Shown: positions 24,699 to 38,850 of the stretch, piece after piece
How positions within the stretch are numbered: the stretch's first letter is position 1
How the letters are laid out: every line of letters starts with the position of its first letter
NCBI RefSeq assembly: GCF_964188315.1
Contig: NC_135659.1
Span: 22,940,001-23,004,000 of the forward strand
Direction: 5' to 3'
Length of the DNA stretch: 64,000 bases
Source of the DNA: Podarcis muralis
Lineage: Eukaryota
Translations under genes and position numbers: made by a program
The notes under the pieces: generated by a model
The model's database searches: none
What the model was told of the DNA's origin: nothing
The model's input: only the letters and a program-made list of their open reading frames with translations

Positions 24699-25586
24699 TC
24701 TTTGCTTCATCTTTCTCATACAAACCTTCTGTGTGCTATGTGAAATAGCCATTCTGTTAGTAGAAGCCTCCCTCTGTAGGCAGAAGGGCATTGTTGGATC
24801 CAACCCATTATGTTTACCATGCTCACATTAGTTTTGTGAGACGGCAAAATACACCAGTCCACTTTGAATTACTGGAGACAGTGAACCTGGCTCAAATAAA
24901 CTCAATCACAGGCACATAACAGGATCTTCGAATATTTCTCTGCAGCAGTGCCTACTCCTTTAACTCAACTGATTTCTTCCCTTGACTTCTACGCAATTCT
25001 TTTGAGCGTCTATATAAATTCCAAGTATTACTTGCATGTAAATGACTTTCTTGGATGGAAGCCAAAAGCTTTAAGCAGCAATCCTATGCACCCTAAATGG
25101 GAGTAAGCCCAGATTAACACAGTGGGAGTTACTTCTGAATAACACATGCATAGGATTGTGCTATCAATATTAGCTTTCTCCAGGCTTTCGGAGTGAACAC
25201 GCGTGCACTTAAAGAGGGCAGGCAGGGCAGGGGTGAGCTTGCAAGTCCTGATCCCAACCTTCCCATGTGGACCAGCTGCATTTCAGACCTCCTTTGTGTG
25301 GAGAGGAGGGGTCTGAAGGGGGATGCTAAGCATGCTCATGAGCCCTGATACAGTCTTCTCCAAATGCAGGGAAGTTCTGAAGTGAAGGCAGCATGTCCAG
25401 AAGCACTGCCACCTCTCTCCACTTCTACCCACACAAGCATTTGGGTGAATGCTTAACCAGGGCTCAAGTGCCCAGTTACACAGACACAAATACAATGGGG
25501 ATTTTTTGGGATCAATGCCTACTTAATTTGTTGTCAGATTGCAGGCTCACAGTTATTCAGTATCCAAGTAATTTTATACCTTTGGA

Positions 25587-25736
25587 CAGGGCCAGCCCAA
25601 GACATTTTGGCCCCTGAGGCGAACCACAAAATGGCACCCCCCCCCCAGGGAAGAAGGGGTGAGTGAACATTGGTATCAGGATCTGTTGTCCCTGTGGATC
25701 CTGCTGCCTGAGGCAATTGCCTTAGGGCCGGCCCTG
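25587..25736. mobile_element. hAT-type MITE, 150 bp
   Basis: TIRs CAGGGCCAGCCC / GGGCCGGCCCTG. Perfect 8-bp TSD CCTTTGGA at 25579-25586 and 25737-25744. Confidence 0.88.
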
Positions 25737-26349
25737 CCTTTGGAGTGCCTTAAGGTGCAGTTTTCCTGACAGACAGGGCATAGCAAAGGGAAGCATTACT
25801 GTCTGAACAAAGTCTCTATATGTTGCCATTATTATTATTGAATTGGAATTATTAATAGTCATGTTTATATACAATGATGATATTTGCAGCAAACAGGACA
25901 AAACTTGCGCATTAACAAAAAGGCAACACTTAGTTGCCCAAAGCAAAATACCAATATGAGACATGATGCCATTACACTGAGCAAACGTATCTGTGGAAGG
26001 TAAGCTGAAAGCACGAGGAGGAACTAGCAGAGAAATGGGAGCATGCTCCTGGGGAAATCTCATAAGCAAGTGAATACAGAAAGAAATAGGACAAATGTCT
26101 CCCTTTTTAAAACAACAACAACACCAAAGTGACTACTAGCCACAGACGACAATTAACCGAGAGGTACATATGTCACATTTTAAAACATTTCTTCCTATGC
26201 ATACGTTCTCTTCCTTCCACCCACCCACCCAGCATGCATCCTCTGTCCAATCTCTTGCTAATCCTTCTTCTTTTATGATAGAGATATTCTAAAAGGAGTT
26301 TAAACACTCAAAGTACCAATCAAATAAATCCCTCATAGCCTTCTTTATC

Positions 26350-26538
26350 GGGGGAAGGCAGTAGCTCAGTAATTCAATGCATGTTGTTTAGGCAGAAGTT
26401 CTCAGGTTCAATCCAAGACTCCATTTCTAGTTAGAACAATCTCAGGGAGCAGACCTGAGTAGGACCTAGGAGAGCTGCTGCCAGCGCTGGGTAGGATGGA
26501 CCAAACCCTGACAGAAAAATAAGGAAGTTTCATGTGTT
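26350..26538 (+). mobile_element. Degraded tRNA-derived SINE (Squam2-like)
   Basis: gtagctcagt (A-box-like), caggttcaatcc (B-box-like), ggagagctgctgccag and a tail like aaggaagtttcatgtgtt. Related copies are at 47905 and 57962. Confidence 0.5.
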
Positions 26539-29500
26539 TGCTCTATTCAAATCAACAGCGGTTGCAGCAACAAGTAGTTCTTGGTGGAATTGCTTCCCTT
26601 ACAGTTGCTTATAAAGCATGCCCTTTGTTCCCGATGCACAGTTGACTTCTAATTCTGTTCATGCAAATGCGTTGAATAATAATGCTCTTTCACTTCCTCT
26701 CCAGCATACCGTGCCATAATTAACAGGAGGGCAACCAACAGGCAGCATCTAAACATGTTCTTCCTTCGTCACCTTCCTGTGTGATTCCTTTTACAGTGCT
26801 AATGTATTTTTTATGACCCATTGACACAACACTGAAATGCATCCACAGTTTCTGATCTGTAAATGTCACAACTGCATATTAAGCCATTATAAATGCTGCT
26901 TGCTCAGGGAATTGTGATGATGATGACCATATGTCTGCATTTTAGTCTTCTTTAATATAGCACACTAGACGAGCCTAATTGGGCATATTTATATTGCAGA
27001 TATAAACCAAGAGAAATAATAAACCATAAAGCAAGTCTGGTGAGATTTCAAGTCTGGGAAAAGATTGCAAGCAGCAACAGAAGAAATAAATGCAGAATAA
27101 GGAACTAGACTTTTTCTTAGATACTCATAGCAAGATTATATTTTGTGAATTTCCACATTTGTTTGGAAATCTTTAGACTGGTTCACTCAAATATGTATAT
27201 AATTCTTTGATTAGCATCTAAATTAATAAATTGACTCCAGTGAATACCATAGCATATGTTGAGTTCTATTTCTGTTTGTGGTGCTGGATGTAAAGTGATG
27301 CATTTCCAACAGCACTGAAAAGCAATGCCTCTGAGGAGAGAATGAAGATTTGTGTTGTTGATAAATGATTTGTCTGCACATGACTGCTTTGCACTGCAGT
27401 CACATGATCAGCGATTATTATTCCTTACAGTCTATATCCTCAGCAAGGCTGTAATCCTATGAACACTTACCATAAGAGGTATAGTTCCATTGACCCAATG
27501 AGACTATTTTGGAGTAGACATTTATAGGACTTAAGTGTGTGTAAGGTTGCAGCTTATATCTAATATTCACATATGATCTTTCAGTTCATTTGGCTTGAAA
27601 TAAATAAAACTTTTGTAGAAAAATCCAGCTGCAAAGTCCCTTAAAAGATTCGGCATATTTGAAAAGGGCAGCTGTGGTTTGGTGTTTCTTTGTTTCTTTC
27701 TAAACTGGGCAATGTCAGGCATGGAGTATCAATGCAATAGCATGGATATTGATCATTACTAGCCTTAAATAATTAAATGGCAAACTAATAGTTAATTAAA
27801 TGCCCCTCTTAAACACCAGATGAGCTCTTAATATCTAGACGTTGAATGCTAATTGAGACATCTCCTTAAGTGTGCCTATCTCATAACTAATAATTATTGT
27901 TTGGGTTTACTTTTATTTGCAAAACATTTGAGTGTTTAAGAGTGAATGATCCCAGTCTACGACTATGATTTCCATCCCACAGTAACTGCAGCATTTTATA
28001 AAGTCTATGATGAAATTACTGGCAGCTCCATTTTAATCATTTGCGCTGATACTTCTGCGGTGTAGTGATATGTTTTGTGATGCTCTAACTCTTGGTATGC
28101 CCTGTCCTAAACACTTAGAGGGCTATATAGAAAGGATACTAGTAGCTTGACCCATGGTATGACATGCAAGCTAAAAAAGTGAAGGCAAATCCTTATGTAA
28201 AACACCTTGAAGGGGGTGTTTTATGCATTGGTTTGTATGCATTGTGTGTGTGTGTAGTTTCATGCACTCGTTATCTTATTGCTTGGCTGCAATAAGATAC
28301 CTTTACCTACCTTTGCTTGGCTGCAAATGACAATGTTTGTTAAGCAAATCATATCCAGCTCATCTCTATTCTTTATCTTTGATGTTTGAGTGAAGCTGGT
28401 GAGTCACCTATACCCTTCAACCTTTGGCTAGCCACAAATTTATTTCTTCCTTGATGACTGTTCTGCCACACAAATTGCTTTCACTCACACCATCAGACAG
28501 AAGCAATATTTGAATAAATGGACATTGGGTAGGACCCATAGTAGCTAGCTTCCAACTATGACCGGTTCATGGCAGATTAGCAAACACAACAACTTCAGAG
28601 GCATAATCACAACACTGTAGCACAAGTTCACGTGTTAGAAAATGGCAGTATAGATTCACAAGAAGCCATTTGTTTTCTAATCCCAGTGTCATTAATAACT
28701 GCAAATCTAGCAAAAAAAAAAAAAAAAGGAAGAGAACAGCGTTCTGGGGGATGTGAATCTTTTTCACTAACAGGGAGGTGATGGAACTGAGATGTATAGT
28801 ACACCACTGGAGAACCCCAGAGTGTCTGGGGATGCCACAGCTTCATATGGGGCCCAGATAGGTCAGAAGTAGCTTTCATGTTTTTATGTACCTAAAACAG
28901 GATTCAAGAACAAAGGTCTCAGCATCACATGACAAAAGCTGATTACTGTTAATAACGTATTGAATAAATATAAAATACTGAATACCGGTAATAGAGAGTG
29001 GTGCAAGCCATCACCTGTATGAACTCCAATAAGGGGAAGATGCAAAGAAGCACACTGTGCTGGCGTACTTTCACAGTTGCATAGAAAGGTGGCAGTTTGT
29101 CATCTACAAGTGAGACAAGCATCACCTGATGAAATCCCTGCTCCCACACGGCTATTAAATGCACAGAAACCTTGCTCTCATTAGCACTTAATAGCTGGGA
29201 CTGATGGATTTCCACATTTTGGCAATGGGAGATCTGGGATGCAATTGCTAGTGGCCTCCTGGGAAAAGCAGCCATTTCTTCCACTTGGTGGCTGATTAAT
29301 GCTGAAGCAGCTGAGAAAAGGTGGCATTTGAGACTGACCCAAAGTGTTAAGACTGAAGGGAAAGTAGCCACTCAAGGCAGACACCCTATAATCGTTATAG
29401 CATAATGGATGACCCTATTAAAGACTACGAGAGTCAGTATACTATATTTAGGTGCTGCTGATTGCAGGCTTTCCATGTTTCTTAACATTTCACCTAAGGT

Positions 29501-30398
29501 TTTCCCAACCCTGATTTTGAATGAAGTCACGATTCCAGCAATATGGACTGGAAAATGAATGTAACAGCTTTTGATCTCTGGCACAGCAGTAGATCTTCTA
29601 AAAAGTGACACTCATTCAATGGATTAGTATATATACTAACATTATATCATTTTCCCTATATTTTTACAATGTGAAATCATGTGAAAGAAAGTTGTATGCT
29701 GCTATGAAAAACAACCACTTACTCCAATGCTATGGAAAGAATGAATAATTATTACATGAAGACTAGGTTGAAACAGAAATGTTTGTGTCCCCCCATGAGA
29801 CAAAAAAGTGAAAGTAATGGTCTTTGAGAAGGTGATGTAATTAATTGCATATCAAGGGGGGTGGGGGTGCTTAAGAAAAATCAAGATCAGCCACAGAGGT
29901 GGAGATGGGTGCGTCTTCGACTATTGCGTCTGAAAGGGATTTGGTAGCCACCCTTTTAATTTGAAATGAAGTTAGATTTAAAATCATAAAAACAAGTTAA
30001 CAACATTGCCCAAAGGCAACTCATTGCTGAATAATAACGTGATCCTACATGTGTTTACTCAAAAGTAAATCCTAATGCATTCAGAGGTCTTATCCCCAAG
30101 TAAATATTCATAGGACTCTAGCCTGGGGCTATGCACACTTAATTTGGAATAAGTCCCAGTTAATTAAATCAGATTATTTTCAAAGCATCACACTTAATGA
30201 CCTTCTGTAAATATTTATTTGAACTTATACTAGATCTCTGGAGAATGAGTTTTAAAAAAAATCTTACAGTTGTTGGCATAGCAAGTTGTTTTAAGCCAGT
30301 TTCTGATCAAGATCCACCGGCTTCTGAAGAGTAAGGCAGTGGTGCCATGTTTGATGATGATGAAGACCCAATTTTGGGCTAAACTATGGAATAAGGAT

Positions 30399-30760
30399 GG
30401 GACGCGGGTGGCGCTGTGGGTAAAAGCCTCAGCGCCTAGGGCTTGCCGATCAAAAGGTCGGCGGTTCGAATCCCCGCGGCGGGGTGCACTCCCGCTGCTC
30501 GGTCCCAGCGCCTGCCAACCTAGCAGTTCGAAAGCACCCCCGGGTGCAAGGAGATAAATAGGGACCGCTTACCAGCGGGAAGGTAAACGGTGTTTCCGTG
30601 TGCGGCTCTGGCTTGCCAGAGCAGCAATGTCACGCTGGCCACGTGACCCGGAAGTGTCTCCGGACATCGCTGGCCCCCGGCCTCTTGAGTGCGATGGGCG
30701 CACAACCCCAGAGTCTGTCAAGACTGGCCCATACGGGCAGGGGTACCTTTACCTTTACCT
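30399..30760 (+). mobile_element. Full-length Sauria (Squam1) SINE in the last NTNG1 intron (antisense to the gene)
   Basis: Very similar to 11088-11451, with intact A/B boxes and an (ACCTTT)n tail. TSD tatggaata(a)ggat at 30385-30398 and 30761-30773. Confidence 0.93.
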
Positions 30761-30914
30761 TATGGAATAGGATCAGGACTGCAGTAATTCATATACACTC
30801 TGCTCCATGAAAATATGGGAAGCAGAAACTTATGTTTGGATTTTCTCATTCAGAATGTTTGCATATGGGCAATGTAAGTCACAATTCTGAAACCTCAACA
30901 CTTCCTAATATGTT

Positions 30915-30947
30915 GAAGGAAGGAAGGAAGGAAGGAAGGAAGGAAGG
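30915..30947. repeat. (GAAG)n microsatellite, about 8 units
   Basis: Read directly. Confidence 0.95.
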
Positions 30948-31199
30948 GTCTTTTGAGACCAGGGGTATAGAGAAATAGACTTAAAACTATTCTGTATCTC
31001 CTATGCTCAAAAATGTTATGAAATCATACAATCGGTTCCAGAGGTGTGCAACAGTAGAAATGCAGCTACCAAGGACTTTGAAATAACAGAAAAGGTAAAA
31101 GAGTAAAGGAACAATATCCAGCACTGCACAAAAGAATAAGTGGGCACTCTCTCCAGACAGAGATAATAATCTCACATCATAGAGTCGTTTTGACAGGCC

Positions 31200-31630
31200 T
31201 GATAGAGGATAACAAGAGATTGCTTTCTAAAACGGACAAAATTGAAAATAAATCCAGGATTAGGCATTTTAGAATTACTGTTGTCCCAGAGGGGATGGAG
31301 CCCTCCAGTTGTTCTTAGGCAAGGGGAGGCGCGGTTAACTAAGCTTGTGCAGTTGTCTGATTTAGATCAAGTGCTTTCAGGAAGAAGATTCTTAAGGGTG
31401 GGAAGGAATCCTCAGCTCCAGCCATGCCATAAATCCTTTTGATTGTCTTTGGATACCAGGCAGTTCATAATACAGTCCTCAAAGCTGCTGGAGTCACCTG
31501 AGGGGTACAATCGGTTGGTGAAGACTGGGGAAAGCTGTAAATGTGATAATGAAGTTCAAAAGCATGAGGCTGGTAATGAAAGGGCAAAGGAACTGTGCGC
31601 ATACGGCTTAGAGATAAGAAAATGAAGGGA
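31200..31630 (+). mobile_element. Decayed L1 ORF1-like fragment
   Basis: A frame not in the ORF track gives KTDKIENKSRIRHFRITVVPEGME, resembling the L1 ORF1p LENRSRRNNIRIVGVPEG motif. It later gives ILLIVFGYQAVHNTVLKAAG, with several stops. Confidence 0.45.
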
Positions 31631-32004
31631 ACATAGTAGTATTCAAATGCGATAAAAGACTCCCACAGTGAAGGAGAGCAAATGTTTTCCTGTTCAGCTT
31701 TAGGTTGGACATTACATATATCTATATATGAAAATCTGTACCAAGTATGCAGTAACAGTCTGCATGAAAATGTAGATTCTTCTTCCCCGAAGGTACTGAC
31801 AACCTAATTTTTTTTGATGGAGGAAAGCCACATGTCATAACACAGAGCCTTGGGCAGCCTTAAGAGAGTCAGGAGTATGCAACCAGACCTGAAGAAGAAG
31901 TCTTTCTAGTAGGAACGGCAGTGGTTTGGAGTGCTTGGTATGTTTGAAAGGGAGAAATGAATCTTATATGCCTCTACATTCTTTTAATGTCTGATGTTTT
32001 ATCA

Positions 32005-32005
<1 letters not shown>

Positions 32006-32055
<50 letters not shown>

Positions 32056-32077
32056 CATCATCATCATCATCATCATT
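32006..32077. repeat. Compound (ATT)n(ATC)n microsatellite
   Basis: Read directly. It explains the poly-Ile/Met ORF 32002-32208. Confidence 0.95.
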
Positions 32078-32079
32078 AA

Positions 32080-32160
32080 TTTTGTTGGGAGCCGCCCAGA
32101 GTAGCTGGGGAAACCCAGCCAGATGGGGAGGGTATAAATTATTATGATTATTATTAATTT
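32080..32160 (+). mobile_element. L2-type LINE extreme 3' end
   Basis: ttttgttgggagccgcccagagtagctggggaaacccagccagatgggg...tataaattattatgattattatt. Confidence 0.6.
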
Positions 32161-32394
32161 TATGGTTTCAATCAAATTTCCCTTCTGGTTTCCATCTGCC
32201 CACCCCACTGCCTCTATTCCTCAGAAGCCCCACCCACCAACTCCCTGCCCCAAGAACACACTCCTCCTTTCCTACCCCTGGCACCAGAGGTTGGCATAGT
32301 TGGGCACTTGCTTCAGGTCTTGGAAGGGCCTATTGCCAGCACTACTTAGCTCATTCTCTGGGTCCCACTTGACACTGCAATGCAGGAATTGCAA

Positions 32395-32692
32395 CTAAAG
32401 AATCCCTGACAGATAGCCAACCAACCTCTGTTTTAAAAAGAACCTCCAAGGAAGTAGATTCTACACTCTCCAAGGTAGTCTGTTCCACTGCCAGCTCTTG
32501 CTGTCAGAAAGTTCTTCTGATGTTTAGTTAGAATCTCATTTCCTGCAATTTTGATCCATTGGTTTGGGTCCCTCTGGAGCAGGAGAAAAGAAGCTTTCTC
32601 CATCTTCTATGTGACAGCCCTTCATGTATATTTTAAGATGGCTATGAAATCACCTCTCAGTCTTCTCTTTACCAGGTTACACATACCCAACT
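32395..32692 (-). mobile_element. CR1 LINE 3' fragment
   Basis: The reverse complement encodes LGMCNLVKRRLRGDFIA (CR1 LGLFSLEKRRLRGD motif) and later KNFLT, with frameshifts and stops. Confidence 0.75.
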
Positions 32693-35053
32693 GTGAGGTG
32701 ATAGACAGGTGAGAGGCCTTGTTCACCTCTCGGACTTGTCCTGCTGGACAAATCCAGTTCTCCACCCTTGATATAGTGGATGTAATTAGGTTATGATGCT
32801 ATAAAGATATATGACCAAATGATGATCACTGAAGGCAACTAAAGTCAGTTAAAGCAAGTGAGGGCAATGACAATATGCATATTTCTCAAGGACTGTAAAG
32901 TGTGTGTGTGTGTGTAGAAAATTCTGAAATGGATTCAAAACTACATAAAACAATAGACTTTTGATGAAAGCTTTTGTTCTCATCAGTAATTATTCATTTC
33001 CCAAGAATTCAATTAGTGAGGTGGTTTCTTTCAGCTAGTCTCATGAGCAGGGTTTGGGCTTGTGAAAAATGTGAAATCTATCTCACAGCTATCCATAAAA
33101 TGGCTGTTCTGCCACCTTCATTTCAGGATCAGCTCTCAGTAAGCTGCCTCCATAGTATGTGAATATTAAATATTGCCTTGTGTATGCAACTTGGGTGCAC
33201 TGTTTACTACAGAAGAGAAAAAATGTATTCAGTACACAGTATAAACCACTACAGTTGGCAATGAGAGTTTATGGGGACCTTTGGAAAATACGTTGGACTC
33301 TGGATTATAGCTATACAATTCCCCATCTTCTGAATTATTAAAAAGCGTGCAGATAATACTGGAGCACAGCTCTTTTATGGAAACCTTGCATTGGGATGTG
33401 ACTAGAGGGTTACTGAGCAATACGGTGGGTTTCCGTACAGACTCTTGTCTAATACCACATTTGAAAATTGTATGCTTGACTTAAAAGGGAAATTTGTTCT
33501 GGCTGAGCTGTATATGTACACTCCAGTTTTTTGTCAGGGAAGAAAAATACTGCCCTACACATTTTAATAAGTAGATTAGAATGGATCCAAAGAGGTAAGT
33601 CAAGTCTGTTATGTAAATTTTTGTGCGAGATACCCGCTGTGCATAGCAAAATGCTTATGGAAATGCTTTGAAAAGAATTATTCTACATTTGGGTAGCTAA
33701 AAGAGAATCCTTTGGATTTGAATTTCCTCACAATGAGAAAGATATTAGATTTCTGTCTGGATTATCCATGCCAATTAAAAACTTTAATTACTGCTTCACT
33801 TTAGTGTTGTGCATGGGGGGGGGAGCACTAGAAGCTGGTCCTATTTTTAATATTGCTTTGGCTTTGAACAAAATGACAATTTATTGTTTTGACAATTTGT
33901 GCAAATTCCATTTTAGATTCCCACCCGCCCCCCCCCCCCATGGTAAATCACACAAGTTGGGATTTTACTTGATATATTGACAAGAGCTGAATAGTAGCAA
34001 AGAGGCCACGTTTCCACATTATGGCTTGAAATTGAATAGGTTATCAATTATTTTAAATGTTATGTTTTCTGGGGGGAAACCTAACTAACAGCAGTAGAAC
34101 ACCAGTTACAAGAGCAGAACGTGGCACAAATGAAAAATTAAGTGAAGGGATAAATAAATAAATATCCAGTTTATAATTGTTGTTTTGTGATCTCCATATT
34201 ATATATATTTTGTCATGCACTACTCTGGGTTTGAAGGGAGGAATATAAATTTAATAAATACATTTCATGAATAAATGAATGGATAATAAGAATATGGCAG
34301 AGCCACATGTGCAAGCTCTTTATATCTGGCTGCAACCCTTGCTTCCAGCTAGGAGGAAAGGACTGCATTCTTGGCCTTCTCCATAGGGATCAGGGCTTCC
34401 AAATGTGGTTATGGTGATATAGGCAGAAGGCCTTGTGAAATACAACCTGTGTTGCTTTACTTGTGGATGAATGCAAGTTTAGGGGGTGATCTCCACAGAA
34501 CAATATGTCACTTTTCAAACCCTCAAATTTGTATGGAGATGGAAGCAAGGCTTGGATTGACAAACTCCGAAGAATTATCTGTGGAGGTTGCAAAGTAGAG
34601 TAAAATTATAATATTACTTTTATGAGCCAAGCTAACAAGTGGAAAGAAAATATCAGGATTTATATTAGTTATGAGGCATGTACCCCCTATTTGCTTTATG
34701 TGTGGAAAAAGGCAGATTATTTATTGCTACGTCACTGTGCCAGCACTGTAAAATATAAGGTGAAAATAAATAATCTCTCTATTGGAATGCCTCCCACTCA
34801 TACCTCTTTAAATTATGATATGGTATTTAAGATTTATACATTTTCTTATCAATGAAGACTTTTAAATAAGAAGCAAAATGTTCACAATACTTTCTCTTTT
34901 AAATACCTTTAGTAATGTAAACTAAACAGCACTCTTCTGCCTTTTCTAGCAATTATGGTAAAGTATTAGGCTCATATCTTTTTGAATACACATAGTATTT
35001 AAACTTTGAATCTACCTTAGGTGAAGCAAGAAATGAAGTTAAACATCTCTAAT

Positions 35054-35178
35054 CAGTGCTATTTTCTAGAAAAAGAGGTACCAGAACTCACCACGAACCC
35101 TTCCCTTATTCTGATATAATGGCAATGGCCAACCTGAGAGGTGCCGGAACTGAATTCTGGCTGGGGAAAAATGCCCTG
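35054..35178. mobile_element. hAT-like MITE
   Basis: TIRs CAGTGCTATTTTC / GAAAAATGCCCTG. Flanks tctctaat / gttctaat. Internal repeat gaggt(a/g)cc(a/g)gaact occurs twice. Confidence 0.6.
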
Positions 35179-35499
35179 GTTCTAATATAGTGAAGTTGCT
35201 CAAGGCTCTCAAATGATGGCTAGAACTTTAAACACTTTTCAAAGGAAACAGAGAAGCCTGCTTCTTCTCAGTATCTGCGCTATAATCTACAAAGGGAATT
35301 GTTTTTATGGCTCTAGTGGTGATGAAGAAGCCTCTTTCGGTAATGACCCCAGCTGCCTTTCTGTTGCACAGCAGTTTGGCATTTTGAAGAGCCTGCAGCT
35401 GCCACTGGTGGAAATGGCAGGTCAGATTATCCAAGGCAAGAAGGGCAAAAGGAGTAAGATGCGTAGGAAAGTAAGACTGGGAGTAGAAGTGCTGGAAGA

Positions 35500-35655
35500 G
35501 GACAGATGGGTGGAACAGGGGGGTGGGGAGAGTGCTGTTGTGTTCAGGCCCTGTTTGTGGGCTTCCCCCAGGCACCTGGTTGGCCACTGCGAGAACATAA
35601 TGCGGGGTTAGATGGGTCATTGGCCTGATCCAGAAGGATCTTCTTAGTTTATCAT
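35500..35655 (+). mobile_element. CR1-type LINE 3' end
   Basis: ggcacctggttggccactgcgagaaca...tagatgggtcattggcctgatccag...cttctta. Confidence 0.65.
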
Positions 35656-38631
35656 GTGTTTGAGAAGCATATTGGGAAAGACCAGGTTGGTAAATACGGC
35701 AAGGATCTGTCAGGAGGAAAGGAACCTGAAAGTCACATAAAACTTTATATTACAGGCATGCAGCTAAACATTTAGTGAGTTATTTTGAATTTCTTAAAAG
35801 TTTAAATATACTGCATGGTGATAAGCTTAACATGAGCATATCATGTATAATAGCTAGCTTGTTTAAAGTGCAATGGGTATCTGGAAATTGTGTATGTGGA
35901 CAAGGTACATTTTGGGGTGATGCTCTTTGACCTTGGGTCTGCAATTCTGGTATGTTTTTGTGCCAATGAGACTAAGTTGTGTCCCTTGTATTGCTGCGTG
36001 AGAAAGCTGGATGAAGAAGACCATATTAAACTGGCACAGCTGCGTTGGTGTTAGGCATGTCACAAGAGCACAAGCCTATATGGGTCTACTCAAAAGTAAG
36101 CGCCACTGAATTCAGTGTAGCTTACTGAGTATGTGTAGGATTGGGTGCCTGTTAAAGAGGTTTGTAAATCTCTTCTACCGTTGGTAAGTAGACGTGGGTG
36201 ACTGGGCTCAAAGATACTGACCCATTTACATTATAATATTCAGCAGCTCCTGCCTTATTCTCCAAACCCACTCTTAGTTATTGTGGTTGGGGAGAGCCAC
36301 ATATAGTGAAACTGTCTCTCAACAACTGCCTTGGAAATAAGAATTTTTTAAAAGAAAGAAAAAAACCTAGACAATAACAACAGTTTAAGTTAAGCATCTT
36401 TTTCACTGAAAGAGGACTTCACCTTGTGACACCAAAATGGCTACTTTTCCAAATTTACCACAATGCATCATCTCATTAACTGAGCACCCTGCTGAATAAT
36501 CTCCTGCTGATATATAATGAGGATGTAGTGTGTGCTTCGGCTCAAAAGCTCCTTCAATGTCCGGAATATGTGTATCTCTGCATATGTATCGTCTGCCTGG
36601 GGACATGTCTGGGAACATGTTTGAGAGATTGCGTGTTCCTGTTTGTATTTGGAACGATCTGTCCGTAGCTCTCAAAAATGCTGTTTGTTGCTTCACACTT
36701 ATGTAGCCCAATCCCATGCAATATTTACTGAGATGTAAGGCTTAAACTGTTCATAGCACTTAATTCCCAGCTAAATGCTAGTAGTAGAGCTGCCTTAATT
36801 TTTCTTTTTTGTTGCCAATGGTATTTCTTTGTTGCTGTTGACATAACCTTAACAGAGGCAAGTAAAGAGATTCAGACTGCAATCCTATACCCACTTACCT
36901 GGGAGGAAGTATATGTCATTAAACTGAATGGGACTCACTTCTAAGTAACACTGTATGACACTGGTTTCAATGCGTACAGCCTATGTTTAGTGTTTTCTTT
37001 AGCATGGGATATGTTGTCTACTAAGCTCAGCATGCCCTATCTGTAAAATCAGTAAGGACTGCTTACCGTTAACAGCGGGTTCCTATCTGCACACCTGACT
37101 GACTCCATCATCAGCCTTAGCTGGCCGCAGGGGTCAGTGAGATTTACCACTGAATTTTATTTGAGTTGGCCAATCATGGCCTTTTGGGTGAGCGGGGCTC
37201 TGGCGATGGACCCAGGCTTCACTCTGGTCCACTGCCACAGCATTTAAACCAGCTGCGCTGGGAGCAGTCAGCAGTCAGCATGAGACTGCTGCCCAGAGGT
37301 AAGTGGGCAGCACGCATGTATCACCTTGTTGTCAAATTGATGAATCACCATATTCGGGCCCAGGGAGGAATTCCCTTGCCCAAAAATTGGGCCTGTCTTG
37401 GGGTTTTGCCTTCCTCATAGCAACTGTCACAACGTTTTGGTGGAAAGAGGCATTGGATCGGATCCTTAGCCAAGGGGGTGGGTCCCACACCCTTTCGCCA
37501 CAATCAAAATTACAGGGTACCCCAATAAGGGAGTCCAGGGGGAAGGTTGTGTCTGAAGGCCCAGATAGGGGCCAGTGAGCCATAGAACACCCCACATGGT
37601 GACCTGGTGGGTTTGCCCTATTTGATTTGCATCATTTGGTGGTGGTAGTAGGGAGAATCCTTTAGCCCAGGATCCATGTTTGCTTTCTGATTGTGGCCCC
37701 ATTGTCATTTGGGTAGTATTGTGATATAGTATTTGGTAGTAGGTAGTAGACTTGTTGGGGGGCGGGGAAATAGCTGTCCACCTTAGGTGAAGTTGCTCTG
37801 CCATCAGACTTGCCATGGACATACCCCATATTTAGCAGCATTTCCTTTTAATGATCTTGGCTTAAAAAAATGCAATGGAATTTAATATTAATGACTTTTT
37901 AAAAAATAGTCCATATCTATTAATATCTGGCCTTAATGCCAGGTTTATATATTGCTGGATTGTTGGGAATTTTTTGTGTGCCTGTTCTAAGTCAGTGATG
38001 AGCAAGCAGTTTATACAAAGCTTAATTTCACAACTCCTACTGAGGGCAAACTTTTACAGTAATGTCTGCTCACCTGTCATTTCACAATACGAGCTGCCCA
38101 TGCCTGCTTTTGCTCAAATGAGCAATGAATAATTCTTCTCGATAAACATTATAATTTCCCCTTCAATAGATTTGCAGTCCAACATAGCAATTGTTGTTTT
38201 AATCTTTCAAGCTGTTTTATTTCATACACCTAATAGAAACTCTGTCTCCTTCTGTTCTAAGCTCCCTTTGCATTTTCATTCCAAGCTACTTCTGATTGCC
38301 ATATCTTGTATTGAAATATTTATTACCAAGCCATCAAGTATTAACCGCTTAAAAATTATACTTTCTGAAGAGAAGAAGCAGGCTTCTTGTTTAACTTTTT
38401 ATACATTCATTATTGTTTGCATGCTACAGAAGTGCCAATAACTCTCATGTGACTTTGCTGATAAAGCAAGATGGCCTTTTCCTTGAATTGTAATCTTTGT
38501 ACACTTATGAGTGGGTATATCTAATATTTCACCATAATTTGAGCAAGTATCCTGGTGGAGCTTCCTCGCTTAAACCTGAGTCTCTGGCTGTGGGGATGGG
38601 ATTGCAAGGATATGGATAAACAAACACATAA

Positions 38632-38850
38632 TGAACATATGAAGCTGCCATTTGTCCAAAAACTTTTATGTTAAAGGTCAGGACAGAATATTTTTTAAAT
38701 GCAATAAATAAAATCTAGTCCAGTGCTGTTCTGAGTAGCAGTGGACCCCTAGGTCTGAAGCAGAAAGGGGGCTTTTCCTAGCCCTGCAGCCAAAAGTTAT
38801 TTTAACTGGAGATGCTTGGGACCTTCAGCAAAGCTGAATGCCTCTCCTCC
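38632..38850 (-). mobile_element. Degraded tRNA-derived SINE (Squam2-like), antisense
   Basis: catatgaagctgcc...ctagtccagt...ctggagatgcttgggaccttc is the reverse complement of the layout at 26350 and 57962. Confidence 0.4.

Noticed and set aside
28950-29400. Repeat-free blocks that look like conserved enhancers (also about 50040-50520 and 58400-58900)
   Set aside because: Conservation cannot be shown from a single sequence; a multi-species alignment is needed.
36403-36717. 104-aa ORF or possible Penelope fragment
   Set aside because: All three minus frames were read and no GIY-YIG or RT motif was found.
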